Under the pieces are notes generated by a model. It was not told the DNA's origin. It ran no database searches and saw only the letters and a program-made list of their open reading frames with translations. Both the position numbers and the translations under genes were made by a program. Shown piece by piece: positions 63,456 through 64,000 of a stretch of DNA of 64,000 nt (the first letter of the stretch is position 1; the number at the start of each line of letters is the position of its first letter). Source of the stretch: Lepidodermella squamata (Eukaryota > Animalia > Gastrotricha). The stretch covers positions 1,798,001-1,862,000 of the forward strand of contig JBLDXI010000029.1 of assembly GCA_047495785.1 (NCBI GenBank), given 5' to 3'.

Positions 63456-64000
63456 TTACGGCTGTTTGTGGTTGAAGCTCGCATTATTGCTCGCTACATT
63501 GTTTCCAACAAATCTCGACAGCGGGAAGTTCTTGACAGACGTCAAATCAGGATTCATCGGCGGCTTTAAGTATATGAGTGCACAGACGACAGAAGATTGC
63601 AAAAGGAACGCAATTGCCACTGTCAATTCCCACATCGCACTTAGCGAAACGACAAAAATTAGCACTATCGCAGCAATTAACAGACTCATGGATATCGTGA
63701 CTGCCAGCATGAGTCGCTTCACCTCAGGATAGATACTTAGTTGAGGATTCTTTCTTAATTGCACGGCGTAGACCACCCCGGCGAGTAGGATCACGAGATT
63801 GTAGATCAAGATGCTAGCCTGAAACTGCGCAGCATAATTTGACGAGCAAAATACGGAGTATTCCTCGAAATAAGCGTCATAAACGCCGACGTACCGCCTC
63901 GTTGCAGCTCTATCCGTCGTTACTGCTGTCAGCGGATCTAGAAAACTCCAGGCGATAAGCGCAACAACAGTAGCCGAGCAAAACAAGAAGATTGCAGCAA
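63456..64000 (-). CDS. Class C GPCR paralog, C-terminal part (TM4-TM7); 5' end outside the window
   Basis: AWSFLDP...FCSS...EVKRLMLA matches the two neighbouring GPCRs. Confidence 0.8.
   Translation of the reverse strand, partial: AAIFLFCSATVVALIAWSFLDPLTAVTTDRAATRRYVGVYDAYFEEYSVFCSSNYAAQFQASILIYNLVILLAGVVYAVQLRKNPQLSIYPEVKRLMLAVTISMSLLIAAIVLIFVVSLSAMWELTVAIAFLLQSSVVCALIYLKPPMNPDLTSVKNFPLSRFVGNNVASNNASFNHKQP

Overview
Eukaryotic genomic DNA from an invertebrate animal: AT-rich, with short GT-AG introns and no prokaryotic features. Most genes encode surface or secreted products in tandem families. These are six intact paralogs of a Cys-rich EB-module-like protein with hydrophobic, GPI-signal-like C-termini (plus one decayed remnant), four tandem GT7 (beta-1,4-Gal/GalNAc-transferase) genes, and a ~2,500-aa LamG/EGF-repeat membrane protein interrupted by a Helitron-like insertion. 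The window also holds a two-pore K+ channel whose exons splice into a long Pro/Ser-rich tail, a cytochrome-b5-fused desaturase resembling fungal sphingolipid delta-8 desaturases, a secreted NPCP-repeat protein, and three intronless GABA-B-like class C GPCRs plus a pseudogene fragment. Mobile DNA includes several MITEs, a truncated LINE, and a very young 1.6-kb LTR element (identical LTRs, TSD, PBS, PPT). That element's only long ORF is an integrase zinc finger fused to a C-terminal membrane anchor, and it is the most unusual item in the window. Gene models were assembled by eye from splice signals and reading-frame phase.
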